Origin: Aplysia californica
Taxonomy: Eukaryota
Direction: 5' to 3'
Assembly (NCBI RefSeq): GCF_000002075.1
Contig: NW_004797706.1
Coordinates: 184,845 to 247,257 of the forward strand
Length of the DNA: 62,413 nt
Positions within the stretch are counted from its first letter, which is position 1; each line of letters opens with the position of its first letter. The position numbers were made by a program, and so were the translations under genes. This document shows positions 34,887 through 48,800 of this stretch, piece by piece. The notes beneath the pieces were generated by a model. That model was given only the letters and a program-made list of their open reading frames with translations, ran no database searches and had not been told where the DNA came from.

Positions 34887-37800
34887 GAAACACGGACCTT
34901 TGGTAGTCGCAACCTTTTTTCTTTCTACTAATTTTTCTTTCCTACTAACAGTTATAACACGACCCAACATCTTTTAAATCTTGCAAACTTCATTTCAATT
35001 ACAGTTTTGGTACCATTAATAGCAATAACATTTTTTTTTTTAGATTTACCAGAACACTAACGAATTTGTAACACTTTTAACTAACACTAGGTATAAAGTA
35101 ACCAATATTAACTAAATGTACTCCACAAACTAAAAAACACTAAATTAAATAAACTTTAAAAACTGATTAGGAAAAGAAAACTAAATAATCAAAACTAACT
35201 GTAACATATTAACTAATCAAGAATAATTATTCAACACTAACTGGATAACGCTAACTAAGAAAGACCAGCTAGCCAATTCTAAAACACTAGCTAACCATCA
35301 TTACATATTATCTAATACACTCAAGTTGTAAATTAAATATTACTAAATTTAATGGAAAAACAGACCAAAAAGTTATTCAGAAAAGAGCTTAAGTAATGAA
35401 CACTAACTTTAACATAACAACATTAACTAATCAGCAATAACTATAAAACCACAACTGAATAACGCTAACTATGAAATACCAGATGACCAATTCTAAAACA
35501 CTAGCTAACCATCAGTACACCTTATCTAACAAACTCAACTTGTAAAACATTAGCTGTCTCCATCAACCACTGACAAACCTGTGCCCACTACTAACTAATC
35601 AGTGCCAACAATTAACGAACTTTTATTAACCGCTGACAAACCAAAATTAGCCTCTAAATTACTACCATTAACCACTTTTAACCATCTAATTAACTAACAC
35701 TAATCACTAACTTACCATCTCTAACCACTAATTAACTAACACTAACTCCCCCAAACGTGAGCGCTCGGTAGCGCCGTCTTTTTAATCAGGCCTCAGTGTA
35801 CTGTGTACTCTGTGACGGTCCAAGCCCGTGAAAACTGAGAGGGAAAAGGCGAGTTCTGTGGAGAAAAAAAAACCAACAAAATGTACAAATTTTAAAAGGA
35901 GAAATGCGTGTTTCAATATACACACATATTACATGCAAGATATATTTATAGCGCGACTAACAGGCAACAAATTATGCTTCAATTCTTTTCCAACAATACG
36001 GCTTTTATTTTTCAATCACGATTTTTTAAATTACAATAATATGTCCTCATATGTCTTTGTACTTTTTTCTATCTAATGTTATTATAATAATCACCAAAAC
36101 ATATGTCTTACTAAAGAAAGATGAGAAACTCTAGGCTGTGCAAAAGTCATATTTGTAAGTTTTGTCTTGGGATGTTGGGTTCTCAACCAAACTTTTTTTT
36201 CTTTGTTTCTTTCAAAAGAGCGCCCTTTTCAGTAACCCATCTAAAGAAAAGTCTAGTAAAGTCTCTGAATNNNNNNNNNNNNNNNNNNNNNNNNNNNNNN
36301 NNNNNNNNNNNNNNNNNNNNNNNNNNNNNNNNNNNNNNNNNNNNNNNNNNNNNNNNNNNNNNNNNNNNNNNNNNNNNNNNNNNNNNNNNNNNNNNNNNNN
36401 NNNNNNNNNNNNNNNNNNNNNNNNNNNNNNNNNNNNNNNNNNNNNNNNNNNNNNNNNNNNNNNNNNNNNNNNNNNNNNNNNNNNNNNCCCCCCCCACACA
36501 AACCCTTTCACGATTATCCCTTCCTGCTGAATATAGAGAATAAAAAAGAACGATCAAAATATGGTCAGTATCCCCACACCTAGTGGCCTCAGGGAGTGCC
36601 AGAGAAACGTGAACACAGTAGACATTTTCCATTTGTCCCGCAGGGAACCTAAACAATGGCCAATCATAACACTCTCAGCTCATTCGCTCGTCGTGGGATC
36701 TTACAATGGGTGAATGAAAGCCGTGGCTTAAGATATGAGGGCCGTCCCCTTTCACGTTTTGTAGCCAATCATGATCTAACTTAGTGTGTCGTAAAAGGTA
36801 CACGGGATGTTTCGCCCAATACTTTTACAAACGTTAATGACATGTGTTAAAAAAAAAAAACAATCTGGATTGTCAAACAAACTTTTTCCTCTTCAATGTG
36901 TGTTTGTCTTTAAAGAGACATCATCTCTGATCTCTTTTCGTGATTCTTTTTCTCTTCCAATAATGCTTTGGTTTTGATTTATTTTCTTCTTCTTTTCTGG
37001 TTTTGTTGCTGTATCAACATTTAAAAAAGGATTTATTTAATTAAACCAGTCACATTTTACTACAAAATACTATACTACTTTGGTTCCGGTACTTGCTTCA
37101 GCATCCATTCCGGCGAAGAAGCAGGTGAGAAAGGCTGGTCACTGTGTGTCGGTCTTCTTTGGGAAAGCCTTTGACGTGCGCTAGTCACGGCTGAGTGACC
37201 GCCCTTTGATGTCTGGTAGTTGTGATTGTGTGACTTCCCTTTGATGTCTACTGGTCACAATTGGGTGACCGCTCTTTGATGTCAGGTGGTCACAAACGGA
37301 AAACCGTCCTTTGATTTCTGATGGTCACAGCTGGGTGACTGCCCTTTAATACCCACTGGCTATGGCGGCAGTCTGTGCTGTAGACATTGGAAGCTGTGTC
37401 AAAGCAAGGGCCGACAATAGATATCGGTATTTTTTAAAGAGAAAAACCAAAAAAAAAAGAAAGAAAAAGACAACAGGCTTGTACATGTATCAAATAAATG
37501 GAAAAGCATACTGCCAACAAATAACAATTAATTTGTCTCCAAGAAGAACAATCCAACCAATTTGCTAAACATGTTGATTTATATCAATTTCTTTTAAAAT
37601 GATAACACTAGCTGCATGATTCAACCGCCTAAGTGCCAAGAGACAAGTTTTTCAGAAGAAGCAAAGAACTGTATTAATTGTATTATGTCTTTGTGCTCGT
37701 ACTTATGAATCAGAAATTCAGATACATACACGTAGTATAATATGATGTCGAACGGTGGTGGGTAACCAACTTTTAAAAAAATGCTTTCTGACATAGGATA

Positions 37801-38443
37801 CTGGACATAGGAGGTTGAGACTACCGAAATCTGTGTGATTCAACAGCACAAGTGACAGTATGATGGCGTCTCTCATTAGTTCCCACTCGCCGAGTGGCCA
37901 ATGGTCGCTTGTGGGCGTTTGAGTTTACGACAAAAGGAAATCATAATAGTTTTAAGAGTGATTATAAAGCCATTCTATTCTTATTTTCAGTAAATTTTGC
38001 ACAAACCATTAAAAAAATTAAGCGAGTACCGGTATATCATGGAGTATTTTAAGTAAAACAGACAGTTGAAATTTATTGCTTAAAAACAGAAAGTGCATAC
38101 ATGAAATTTGAAACTAATTTATATCCTTCCCGTCTTTTATAAGTTAATATATCAATGTTTAAAACCACCAAAATAAGTTGTAAAGACATTCTTTTATGAA
38201 TATTTTGTGCAAAGATTTATATTTCAAAGTTATTAAGTCTTTTTATCAGGTTTAATAAAGCGTTATGAGGCTTCCACAGTAAAAGTTCACGAAAGACTTT
38301 CATGCCACCTTATTCTAGTCTTGTCCTTATTTTTACACACAACACTCCCCTCCCCCCACCCCCCCCCCCTGACCCGTTCAAAAACTTACTGTAGATGTAG
38401 GAAATATCCAAGTACATATTTGACAAACAAGAGAGAAAATGTA

Positions 38444-38691
38444 AATATGTGAGGCGTGCTGACAAAACGAGTTACTTCTCGAAGTCCACAAATGGAGATA
38501 TTGGCCAAAAATTGATACTAGGGTCAAGTTTGCAAATTTTCTATTGATGCCATATTCTTTAAGTATAACATACTTTTTATTTCATGCTTATAAATTGTAA
38601 AAACTTCACCTATACTATAAGTGTGATGCATCTATTCCCTTAGGGCCTGAATCCGAGAAGGAACTCATTTTGTCAGCACGAGTGACATATT
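38444..38691. mobile_element. MITE-like element
   Basis: Inverted repeats CGTGCTGACAAAACGAGTTACTTCTCG and CGAGAAGGAACTCATTTTGTCAGCACG (25/27 match). Confidence 0.55.
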
Positions 38692-40607
38692 ATGTTCCTG
38701 TTGTTAACATTATAAATTACCCTGGTTCATTGGCTCCTAGGGTCTGAGATTGTCATAGAAAGAATCAGGCTTTTGAGTTTTTAACGAAAGGTGTTTATAC
38801 ATGTAGCCTATTTTGACTGCTGAATTTTCAAGCGATCCAAACACATCGTGGTTTGGTCTTCTGGGGCAGGATTTTTTTGGCCTCAGGGAGTTGGTAAAAA
38901 AGACCACTCATCTTAACGTTCAATTTGTGCTGAATGTCTCTGTTCAATGTGTATGAAAGGCAACGAACATTTGTGAGAACGGGTCGCCTTTGTTTCAGCC
39001 AGGTCTGAATGGTCCAGAAATCCAACAAAGAAAGGGGGGGAAAGGGGGGGGGGGCAGGGTGAATATTGTCTTGCTTTCTTCAAAATGTTCAAGATTATCC
39101 ATAAGCATAGGGACCAGAACATTTTTCAGGGACCTTTCGATTACACTGTGTGTGCTGTCCGCTTCCATTTCCGTTTGTCCCTTTTCAAGGTATGTGTGTT
39201 CAGCAGTTTTGTTCTATCTGGTACAAATGCTGCTGATTGCATTTGACAAGATAGCGGCGTTGTAGTCTGATAAAACAGAGATATCACTGTATAATGAACG
39301 TAGCTGTGACACAAGAAGATAATTCTTTAGGCAATCAAAGGTCCTCTCCTTCATGTCAAACGTGACATTTCTTCACATCTTTGGAGACCAAATTTAAAAA
39401 TGACATATTTTAATATACATGTAGACAGCTAAGTTGGTCCTGTTATGATATTATAGTGCAGCTGATATGTTCAAAGCCATACTAACAAATCCGCTTCCAA
39501 GTCCATGCACACCAGACATAATCTGGTCCCATCCACTGGGTTTTGTGCAAGCTTCGTGTTAGATTTGCCCCCCCCCCCCTACCTTTCACGCATCACATTG
39601 ATACTTCCGAGATACACACAACAACAGGCTGCTCTTTTTAAAATATTTCTCTAAAGTCCTATGGAACAATGTGTTCCGATTTGGCTCTTCACATTTTCTT
39701 TGACACTGCCTATAAAGGCCTAAAATGTTTTGAAAATGTTATTGAAGACAGACTTTGCCAGTATTCTGTCTTATGAAATAACGGGAAAGCAATACATGTA
39801 TAATTATGGTCACGTTTGTCAAAGAATTACTTAGGTATATCGCAAAATTGCGTGTCCACTTCTGCTCTCTGGTAGTATAACAATCATAGCTCTCCCATCT
39901 CCAAGTCAGTCTTGTGAACTGTCTTTGCAACAGTCACGAACAACCACTAGATCTATGTGAGGACACTTTTATACAAACACTATGCTTTGCATATTATACA
40001 TGTACGTAGAATGTCACTGGAGATTTGTTTCAAATGAAAGTGTAGATCTGGAGCTGGAACGTTGAAGTTGGTCAGTTGAAGAGAGAATTTTCGGCGCCAG
40101 TGTGTTTATGAGTTGCTTTTTTGTGTGGGGGGAGTGGCAAATTAAGTACCAAAATTAATGAGCTAGAATATTTTTATGGTAACAGACGAAAAAGAATAAG
40201 TTATTAATTCAAAAGCATTTAAGAGAAATGTGTTGTTGACTGTTCGTCTGATCTCCACACAGCCACACACAATGCAGATGACATCAGTGATTGTTTAAGA
40301 TCTACCCGCCTACTGTACACACTACACAGCAATCTCTCAAAGCACAGCGACACCATAACAGTAACGCTGCTTTGTTTAANNNNNNNNNNNNNNNNNNNNN
40401 NNNNNNNNNNNNNNNNNNNNNNNNNNNNNNNNNNNNNNNNNNNNNNNNNNNNNNNNNNNNNNNNNNNNNNNNNNNNNNNNNNNNNNNNNNNNNNNNNNNN
40501 NNNNNNNNNGTGAGGATGGGTGTTGCTCATTCTATACCATGGTCTCGATCAGAGAGATCGTCTAGACTAGGCCAAGGTTTACGTCACACAGTCAAAGAGT
40601 CTACATA

Positions 40608-41100
40608 ACAAGAGGGTTCACTCCTCTCTTTGAACCAATTTAAAAAAGTGTCCTCAAAATTCTGGGGCGCCCTCTTCGCAAATGTACACCCTTTGCGAAT
40701 TGTTACCATACTTGTATGAAAAAAAATCAAAGTGAAACTAACAAGTTTTTTAATATATAAGAATTCAAAAAACCTCTCGGAGGAGGAGGCGACTGTTTTC
40801 TTATAGTGTAGGAGAGGAACGACAAAAATACTGGAAGAAAGGAAAAAATTATTCGTTTAATTTGACTTTAGAATGAGAGGCGAGATGTTAATAAAATAAA
40901 AATAAAAAATAAAACTCCGCACTGAACGAACCCGAACAGCTGATGAACAGCAGTCGATCGCGCACGCAAGGGGGTGCTATTCTTATTCTTCTGCTGGAGA
41001 AACGAAAGAGGGCTTCCAAAAAAAAAAAAAGACTGCAGCGCCATCTGAACCATTGCGCGGACTTCCGCGGACACTTTTTTGTCTGAGTGAACTATCTTGT
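40608..41100. mobile_element. Tc1/mariner-type MITE (family with ACAAGATAGTTCACTC TIR)
   Basis: TIRs ACAAGAGGGTTCACTC and GAGTGAACTATCTTGT, with TA on both sides; relatives at 42380 and 47389. Confidence 0.75.
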
Positions 41101-42379
41101 TATGCACCATCTCTGATGCAGTGCAGTTGCAGTAGTAGTGCGTACTCGATTTTCCTGCGACTGTCCCATTTACCTATTCAATACCGACGGCGGAAGGTAA
41201 AGGGGGGGTATCAGCTTCTCCAATACCTCTTTTTTTTTCCTGATCTCGTTTTTCAGTTTACTCTAAGGTATCGAATTTTACACCAAAAAAAGGGGGAGGG
41301 TAGGAATAAATGGAGGTAGGGGGTGNNNNNNNNNNNNNNNNNNNNNNNNNNNNNNNNNNNNNNNNNNNNNNNNNNNNNNNNNNNNNNNNNNNNNNNNNNN
41401 NNNNNNNNNNNNNNNNNNNNNNNNNNNNNNNNNNNNNNNNNNNNNNNNNNNNNNNNNNNNNNNNNNNNNNNNNNNNNNNNNNNNNNNNNNNNNNNNNNNN
41501 NNNNNNNNNNNNNNNNNNNNNNNNNNNNNNNNNNNNNNNNNNNNNNNNNNNNNNNNNNNNNNNNNNNNNNNNNNNNNNNNNNNNNNNNNNNNNNNNNNNN
41601 NNNNNNNNNNNNNNNNNNNNNNNNNNNNNNNNNNNNNNNNNNNNNNNNNNNNNNNNNNNNNNNNNNNNNNNNNNNNNNNNNNNNNNNNNNNNNNNNNNNN
41701 NNNNNNNNNNNNNNNNNNNNNNNNNNNNNNNNNNNNNNNNNNNNNNNNNNNNNNNNNNNNNNNNNNNNNNNNNNNNNNNNNNNNNNNNNNNNNNNNNNNN
41801 NNNNNNNNNNNNNNNNNNNNNNNNNNNNNNNNNNNNNNNNNNNNNNNNNNNNNNNNNNNNNNNNNNNNNNNNNNGGGTATCAGCTTCTTCAAGACCTCCT
41901 TTTTGACCGTGGGGGAGAATTCAAAATTCCATTGTTGACTTAGGCCAAGACAGAACCATGGTCTACTTCCTAATCTCGTAGCTCGGTTTAGCTAGGATTG
42001 CTCAAGGCTTCGCGTAGGCCTATTTGCCAATAATATTGCAAAGGAATGGGTAATTGAAACTGTTTAACACTTCTGCCAATAAGAAGGCAAACGATAATTT
42101 GGTCTTTCTTGGTTGAGTAATAAACGGGGGGTATGGAATAAGGAGAGGGGTGTGTGCAAAAAAAATCCCCTGGAAATTAATAATTTTGTCCCATTGTCAT
42201 CTCAAATGAACGCTCGTTTTCTCTTTAAAAAAGTAGAAGTAGATCTGAAGCTGACAAATCATAGTCTTGGAATAAGAGTCACTCGAAATTAGTTAGATTC
42301 GATGTTTGTGGTGTTGCAGTTATCTGTGATGTAGCGTTTAGGTGCTTCGCTCTAGCACCAAAGACAAAGATTCTGTATA

Positions 42380-42779
42380 ACAAGATAGTTCACTCGTCTT
42401 TCTGAACCAATTAAAAAAGTGTCCTCAAAATCTTGTGGCGCCCTCTTCGAAAAAGCACCCGCTTTGCCAATAGAGTTGCCCTACTTGTGTGAAATAAAAT
42501 CAAAGTGACACTAACAAGTTTTTGCACAAATTATAAGAAAAACTCGGGAATAACGCTTTCTTTTAATTTGGCTTTAGAACGAGAGGTGAGAGGTCATTAA
42601 AATAAAATAAACCCAAAACTTCGCAGTGAGCAAACCGGAACAGCTGATGCACAAGGGGATGCTATTCCTATTCTTCTTCTGGAGAAACGAAAGAGAGCTT
42701 CAAAACAAAGACTGCAGCGACATCTGAACCAATGCGCGGACTTCCACGGACACTTTTTTGGTCGAGTGAACTATCTTGT
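42380..42779. mobile_element. Tc1/mariner-type MITE, same family
   Basis: Perfect 17-bp TIR ACAAGATAGTTCACTCG; internal similarity to 40608-41100. Confidence 0.8.
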
Positions 42780-43704
42780 CAAGTACAATCTTTGCCAAAG
42801 AGAACCGAGTTCGATTCCCGAATGGGTAGAAAGTTATACGGTATCGAGTATCTCGGTCTTTATGCTGGAATGTTGTATCCTTCTCAGCCTGGGTTGGGCC
42901 TGATAGGCAAGGTCGGAAGCCCGTCTCCTAAATGTTCTAAATTGTGCCGCTGAGGCGTAAAAACATCTTCATTCATTCTTTTTTTAAACAGAAATTAGGA
43001 TGGACCAGGAAGAAGAAAAAAAGTTTTATAATTTATTTCTCACAGGGTTCCAGAAAACAAAAACCCAACTGAGAAGGTAGCCATAATAATATTCTGTAAA
43101 GAAAACTTTTAAAAAGAAGAGAAAAAAAAGGGGGGGGGGGAGATAGGAGCTGCCAAACTTTGAGCGTGTACCTCTGTGATACAAATTGATGGGGATGTGC
43201 GAAAACATAGATCTACTACTCACAGAGTTACGAATTATGCGGCTTTTTAAAAAGGCTGGCTCAAATTTCTCATGGGAATTTACATTGTGAGCTGATAATA
43301 TTGTCTAAAAGAAGAAACAAACAGATTCTTTGCCAGTGTTAGCTATTTTGACTGATTTTTCTTTGAACAAAAACAAAAATTGGTCGCTTTAAAGGACAAG
43401 CGGGCTCACCCAGATTTCGGGGGGGTTCCAGAAATCTTGACTGACACCAAAAGTGGGCATTGTCCTACCTATAGGAGAAGTTTGGTTTCATTGGTGTGTA
43501 TATAGATCTACTTGTTTTGTTATAGAGAAAACTCTCCTTGTCTTTTAAAGAAACTGAACAAGGGTCCAAAAACTTTACCTTTGATTTTCTCAAAGCAGCA
43601 TTTTTCGGGATAGCCCCCTTGTGCTTAAAAGCGACCAATTATACTGCTGCATTCGAGATTGCAAGAGACGTGTTTTCTTCTAGGCACTCTCTTGCCTTTT
43701 TTAA

Positions 43705-43875
43705 AACTCCCAGTGGAGCAGAGGCCATCAACAGCCTTACTCCAGCGAAGCCTGTCCTGAGCATCCTTTTCTATCTGTTTCCATGATGTCCCCGCTTTTT
43801 CTATTTCCGCTTGTACCGCTCGCCTCCATGTCATCTTTGGCCTTCCCTTCTTACGTTTTCTTCTAGGCAGTGACG
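43705..43875 (-). mobile_element. RTE LINE 3' fragment
   Basis: TWRRAVQAEIEKAGTSWKQIEKDAQDRLRWSKAVDGLCSTG is an RTE C-terminal signature. Confidence 0.7.
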
Positions 43876-43959
43876 TCTTTTTTTTTCTCTCAATTTGAGT
43901 TCTTCTTGTGTCACGTAAAGAGGAGGTTCGTTAACTGGGCAAGACCAGCGGAGCCGGTC

Positions 43960-44190
43960 AATCTTTGTCGGCTGGACAATGAACAAGAGATTTATCCCCC
44001 CCCCCTTTCTCTCCCGGGGCGGTGCCACTGACTGAAGTGTCTTTAGGCCATCCCCAAAGGGGGGACATTAACTTGTTCTTATGCACCGTATAATTGTAAA
44101 TGGGCTGATTCAACAATGGTATGCTCAAATCTGTGGCTAAACTGCAACAGGGAACTGTTGTATTTTCTTTCCTAATCCTTACTATCGTCA
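43960..44190 (-). repeat. Unclassified dispersed repeat
   Basis: Reverse-complement similarity to 53812-54050 and partial similarity to 46036-46105. Confidence 0.55.
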
Positions 44191-45339
44191 TTTTTCCTCT
44201 ACTTCTTTTGTATGTTTGTCACACTCTTGCGACCCGCTATTTCCGGGGTGACTAGATATTCGAAGCAGATTCTGTGCTGTTGAAGCTAGAGAGGTGAGCA
44301 GAGTAAGCCTGATTCTCTGTAATGACTTCTCTGTTGACATCCACCCTTAGCGTTCTTGTACGCTAAGCATCCACTCCTTGGCGCTCATATGACCTTATGC
44401 AATTGCGAGCGCCGAAAACCCTTTACTAAAAAAAGAGATTTATTGTTAATAATAATTTTGATTCGCTTTAAATAATTTTAAATCGGGATAAAATTCATCA
44501 ATATTCTAAAAGGTATTTTTTCCGATTTGAGGACACCCAGAAACAATTTTCTTATTAAAAAGGCTCAAAGATGACGTGTTTTCGAACTGCGGAAACTCAT
44601 TCCTTTATCTCTATTATCACGCTGTCTGGCAATGTTGTGGTTATCACGCTCCTGCTCTCACGATGCGTGACGTCGTATGGTGGGCTCACGAATTGGTGCG
44701 TTCCTTGGTCCAAAAGAAACATTATTTTGAGCTAGTTGAGCAAATATTGATTTCCCTAGGTAGTAATTGGGGTTTTTTATAAAGCGATTTCAGTTATTAG
44801 CGGCATCGAATACAAGTTGGTCAATAGATGAGATAAAGTTCAATATTCTAAAAATTATACTGAACACGCATAGTCATTTTTTTTCAAAAACAGAATTTTT
44901 ATGCATCCTTTGTTATATTTTTAGATTTTGCTCGTGAACTGTCCCAAGATGAGGGAAAGATTGGAATGGGGGGGGGGGGTATAATTTATTTACAAGCTGA
45001 ATACGTTTTCAAGTGTACTTCAAAGGAGTGCACAGGAGAAAAGGAAAAAGAAATCGCATTGTTATCTGAGGTGCAAAACGATATAAAACCAAAGTCTTTC
45101 TTCTACTTCCCTGAGGTGAGCAAGGGGCAACAAATGCACAGCAGAGTCCTCAGAATCGCAGATTATAATAATATGTTTTCAAAAGACGGCATTTTGCCTA
45201 CATGTGATTAAAGGCAACGCACCAAAAAAATCAATTTCAAAATTGAAATATGAAATCGGTGAACACAACTAGTTATAGTTCAAAATAGACCCCAACTCTT
45301 ACTGGTTCAAAAAGGAAATGTGTAGTCACTTTGTAGTCT

Positions 45340-45795
45340 TGCTACTACTATTTAACTGAATCCGTCCTCTAGTACTCTAGGGCGTCGAGGGGAGAAAGAG
45401 CTTTCTGTCTCTAGCAAGTTTGATGGCCTGGCTGGGTGGAATATTGTATGTCCTCAAGGTATCCTTCACACCCTGGATCCAGGTCTTTCTTTGTCTTCCT
45501 CTTGCCTTGTACCCTAATACTTTTCTGTAGTAGGCTTTACTCGCAAGCTGGTGAGGTGCCATAAGTGTGATATGTCCAAACCACCTGATTATTTGCTCTC
45601 CAATGTATTGGAGGACAGGTGTTGTTCCCACAATTTCTCTGATCTTGTTGTTTCTGACCATGTCCCTTCTGGTTTTGTTGACGGCTCTCCTTAGACATCT
45701 CATCTCGCAGGTGGTTATCTTACGTTCCAGACTTTTAGTCAGAGTCCATGTCTGGCACTGGTAGGTCAAGGTGGGGGTGAAGATAGACTTAAAGA
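45340..45795 (-). mobile_element. RTE LINE 3' fragment (post-RT region)
   Basis: PTLTYQCQTWTLT...EMRCLRR...RWFGHI...RGRQRKTW is a classic RTE C-terminal region. Confidence 0.85.
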
Positions 45796-45832
45796 ACTTG
45801 GCTTACTCTGTAGTCACTGGTCACAAAAGGAA

Positions 45833-45918
45833 ATTTGTCTCCTCCTTGTTTCCCGTGGCCTACCCCTGTCTCGTGCTCCCTGTGGGTTCCACAGCAGCGA
45901 CTGTCTTGTGATGCCGTA
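45833..45918 (-). mobile_element. RTE LINE fragment
   Basis: GITRQSLLWNPQGARDRGRPRET (WNPQG.R.RGRP motif). Confidence 0.6.
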
Positions 45919-47388
45919 AAAAAACTTACCAAAGAAAAAAAAAGGAACTAACTACTCTAAGGTATCGGATAAAAGGGGGGGGGGTGAAGGCCAGGGTTAG
46001 GTGGAGCACTTGCACCAATTGAACCGATGGCGCATAAGAATATGGTTAATGCCCCCCCTTTGGGAATAGCCTAAAAACACCAGTCAGTAGCACCGTCCCG
46101 ATGGTATGAGGATGAAAAAGTAAAAGTGAAGTAAAGTAAATTTTCTTAGGAAGGACAAGACTGTCTTGAATAGTACATCTATTACTTTATCAATGATAGC
46201 ATTATCAGTAGTAACTAAGTAGTTCCCGTATAGTTGGCCTGGTTCTAATCTGTATGGCTTATTGAATTTTGAGCCACCCCTGATTCTGTTTGGTGTTCTG
46301 TTCGCAGCTTATTTCCCTCTACTGACTTACTTTGCCCAAAACCCGGACCTGCTGTTATTATATGGAACTGCGCAATGGTAATACCCAGATGGAATTTTAA
46401 CAGGGCGAGACTGGATAGTGGACAGGGTTACATGTGGCAGAAGATATTCGGAGACGTTTCCGGCGAGCACGAGATGCACTCAAGCACACCGATGCACTGC
46501 ATACTGTTTGCTACAGATCACACAATAGATTTAGCCACTAAAACTATCGCAAATCAATTATTTTCCAGAAATTTTCAAACCTAACAGCAAAATATCAAAT
46601 TATAGGTGAAAACAGGGGGGCATGCCCCCCTCCCCCTGACTGTAACCCCCAAGATTTTTTTACTTGGTCTAGAGGCACAAAGCAATTTGATTCGTCTATC
46701 TCCATCGGAGACGTCTCCGAATAGATACTGCAGCTACATGTAGCTAGCGAGAGGCACTGGGCTGTCATTGTCTAACAAACCCATTTCCCTGGCGTTCTCA
46801 ACCCAGCCCGACACTGAATTCTGAAAACAGTATTTGACACAGTTCCCCACTTAAAATTGTTCGCTTTTAATTTTAAGCACAAGGACTATCCCGGTACTGT
46901 AAGACTAAGAGTAGTTTTAGGGGGGGGGGGGTTACCCTGCACTTTGTTATTGTTCTATATTGGCTAAATACGTAGGCGTATACAAGATCCGTGATCCCAT
47001 CTGGTACCGGTAGCCATGGCATCTGACAGGAAAGTCGTGCACTAAAAAAAAAACAAGGTAAAAAAAAAGTAGTACCACGACAGAAGTCGTCCAAATATCG
47101 CGGTACTTTGCCTTCATATGACTATTCACACCGACGGTATTTGTGTCCCGACGAGGAAGAATCAGGCGCTCGTCAATTTTTGGGCATGTGGAGTTATTGG
47201 TATCACTTTAATGCTTGTTCCGTTGTCTTGCTATTGGAGAAAACATACCTATCTAGATCTATCTTGAACAAAAGTCGAGATATTTGAGATTGAAGAAGGT
47301 GGGGTCTCCTTGTTTCAAAGGTAGAATTAGTGAGAAAATGGCTGCCAAAGTCTGGTTATTTCCATAGCTTGATTGTCCTGGGAATTTG

Positions 47389-47656
47389 ACAAGATAGTTC
47401 ACTCCTCTCTTTGAGCCAATTTAAAAGAAGTGTCCTCAAAAGTTGGTGGCGCCCTCTTTGAAAAAGAGCGGACTTTGGGAACAGAGTTGCCCTACTTGTG
47501 TGAAAAAAACAATGAAAGTGAAACGAACAAACTGTGCTTTTCCTATCATTCTTCTGGAGAAACGAAAGACAGTTTCAAAAGAAAGACTGCAGCGCTATCT
47601 GAAGCAATGCGCAGACTTCCGCGGACACTTTTTTTTTAGTGAGCGAAATATCCTGC
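47389..47656. mobile_element. Tc1/mariner-type MITE, internally deleted copy
   Basis: Left TIR ACAAGATAGTTCACTC, degenerate right TIR followed by TA. Confidence 0.7.
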
Positions 47657-48654
47657 TATATACGATCTTTGGTATACAGTGGTATCGATAATACGTGATT
47701 CAGAACTAGGCCTAAGAATCTTGGCTAGTGTGCTGTTCTAACCACTCCGCATATCTGGGTAACCAACGGATATAAATAACAAAGGTGACAGAGCAAGTTT
47801 AGTCCAGCACGCACCGCCGGGGCGGCATCTTTCATGCGACAAATTTTTATTGACCCTGTCACAGGTGAGGAATGGTCCTAATTTCACTCAAACATCTTTC
47901 TATTTTGCTCTTAAAACTTAGAGATTATGTTCTTTGTTGTTGTTTTTCTGTATCTTCTAAATCCAGAATTCCTGAAAGATATCTATTGTGAATTGATTCG
48001 AATACCTTACTTAATTTAAAAGCATAGTCCAGTGTCACTCACTTTCTGGGATTTGCGGCAATTACACTCAGCTGATCATTCCTGTTCTTTGGCGTTATTC
48101 GTGGTCCACGTCGGTTTTTTTGGGTTTTTTTGTTTGTTTTTTTGGTGTGTTTTTTAGCTTCCTAATTGATTTTCCTACTAGGAAAGCAAACGATAAGTGA
48201 ACCGCCCGTTATGGATAATGACACAGCATCGATCTCTGTTTGTAGTTCTGTACACATGTGTCAACCTCACCAGGTTATATCGATTAATGGTATTTCATAA
48301 GCTATCAGTTTAACCCTATCCGTATGCCAATTAAAAACACAACTGTGAGTGGATTTTACAGAAATACGCTGAGTATTGGCACTAAAATGGTAACTTTTCA
48401 GCTTCCGAAGACCCTGTTGCTATGCAATTCACTAAATTTTGGCGGCAATTTCATTGCAAATTTTACCTCTGCAACCAAGCGAGACTCCTCTTCTTTCAAT
48501 CGTAAATATCTCAACTTCTATTCAAGAGATATGGGTATTTTTTTAAATTAAAAAGTAAGCAAGTGAAGAAGCTATAAGATGATAGTCTACAAATAAGATA
48601 ATAAGGCTACATGCCCAGACATGGACAAGTGCCTGATTTCATCGCGTCGTTGCT

Positions 48655-48800
48655 CATGTATCTTTTTGTGCAGAAAACGCTTTCTCCAGTGCGCGTGTCT
48701 GTTTCCTGCACACAGGTCCTCCAGCCTTTGGTCATTGCCATTATATTCTGCTATTACGTGACGTCCAATGATATCTTCAGAACCTATGTCATCTTTTAAA
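48655..48800 (-). mobile_element. Degraded LINE AP-endonuclease fragment
   Basis: DIIGRH...NGNDQRLEDLC...FLHKKIH resembles the RTE endonuclease motif N.NG.RL..FC...F.HK.IH. Confidence 0.5.

Larger units (their letters stand above)
21619..37430 (-). repeat. Right arm of modular repeat cluster (inverted, CCCTTTGATG orientation)
   Basis: Reverse-complement modules at ~22140, 22360, 23200, 24440, 25500, 26350, 26780, 27545, 30810, 31510, 31915, 32810 and 37130; 18770-20820 is mirrored at ~25170-27580. Confidence 0.85.
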
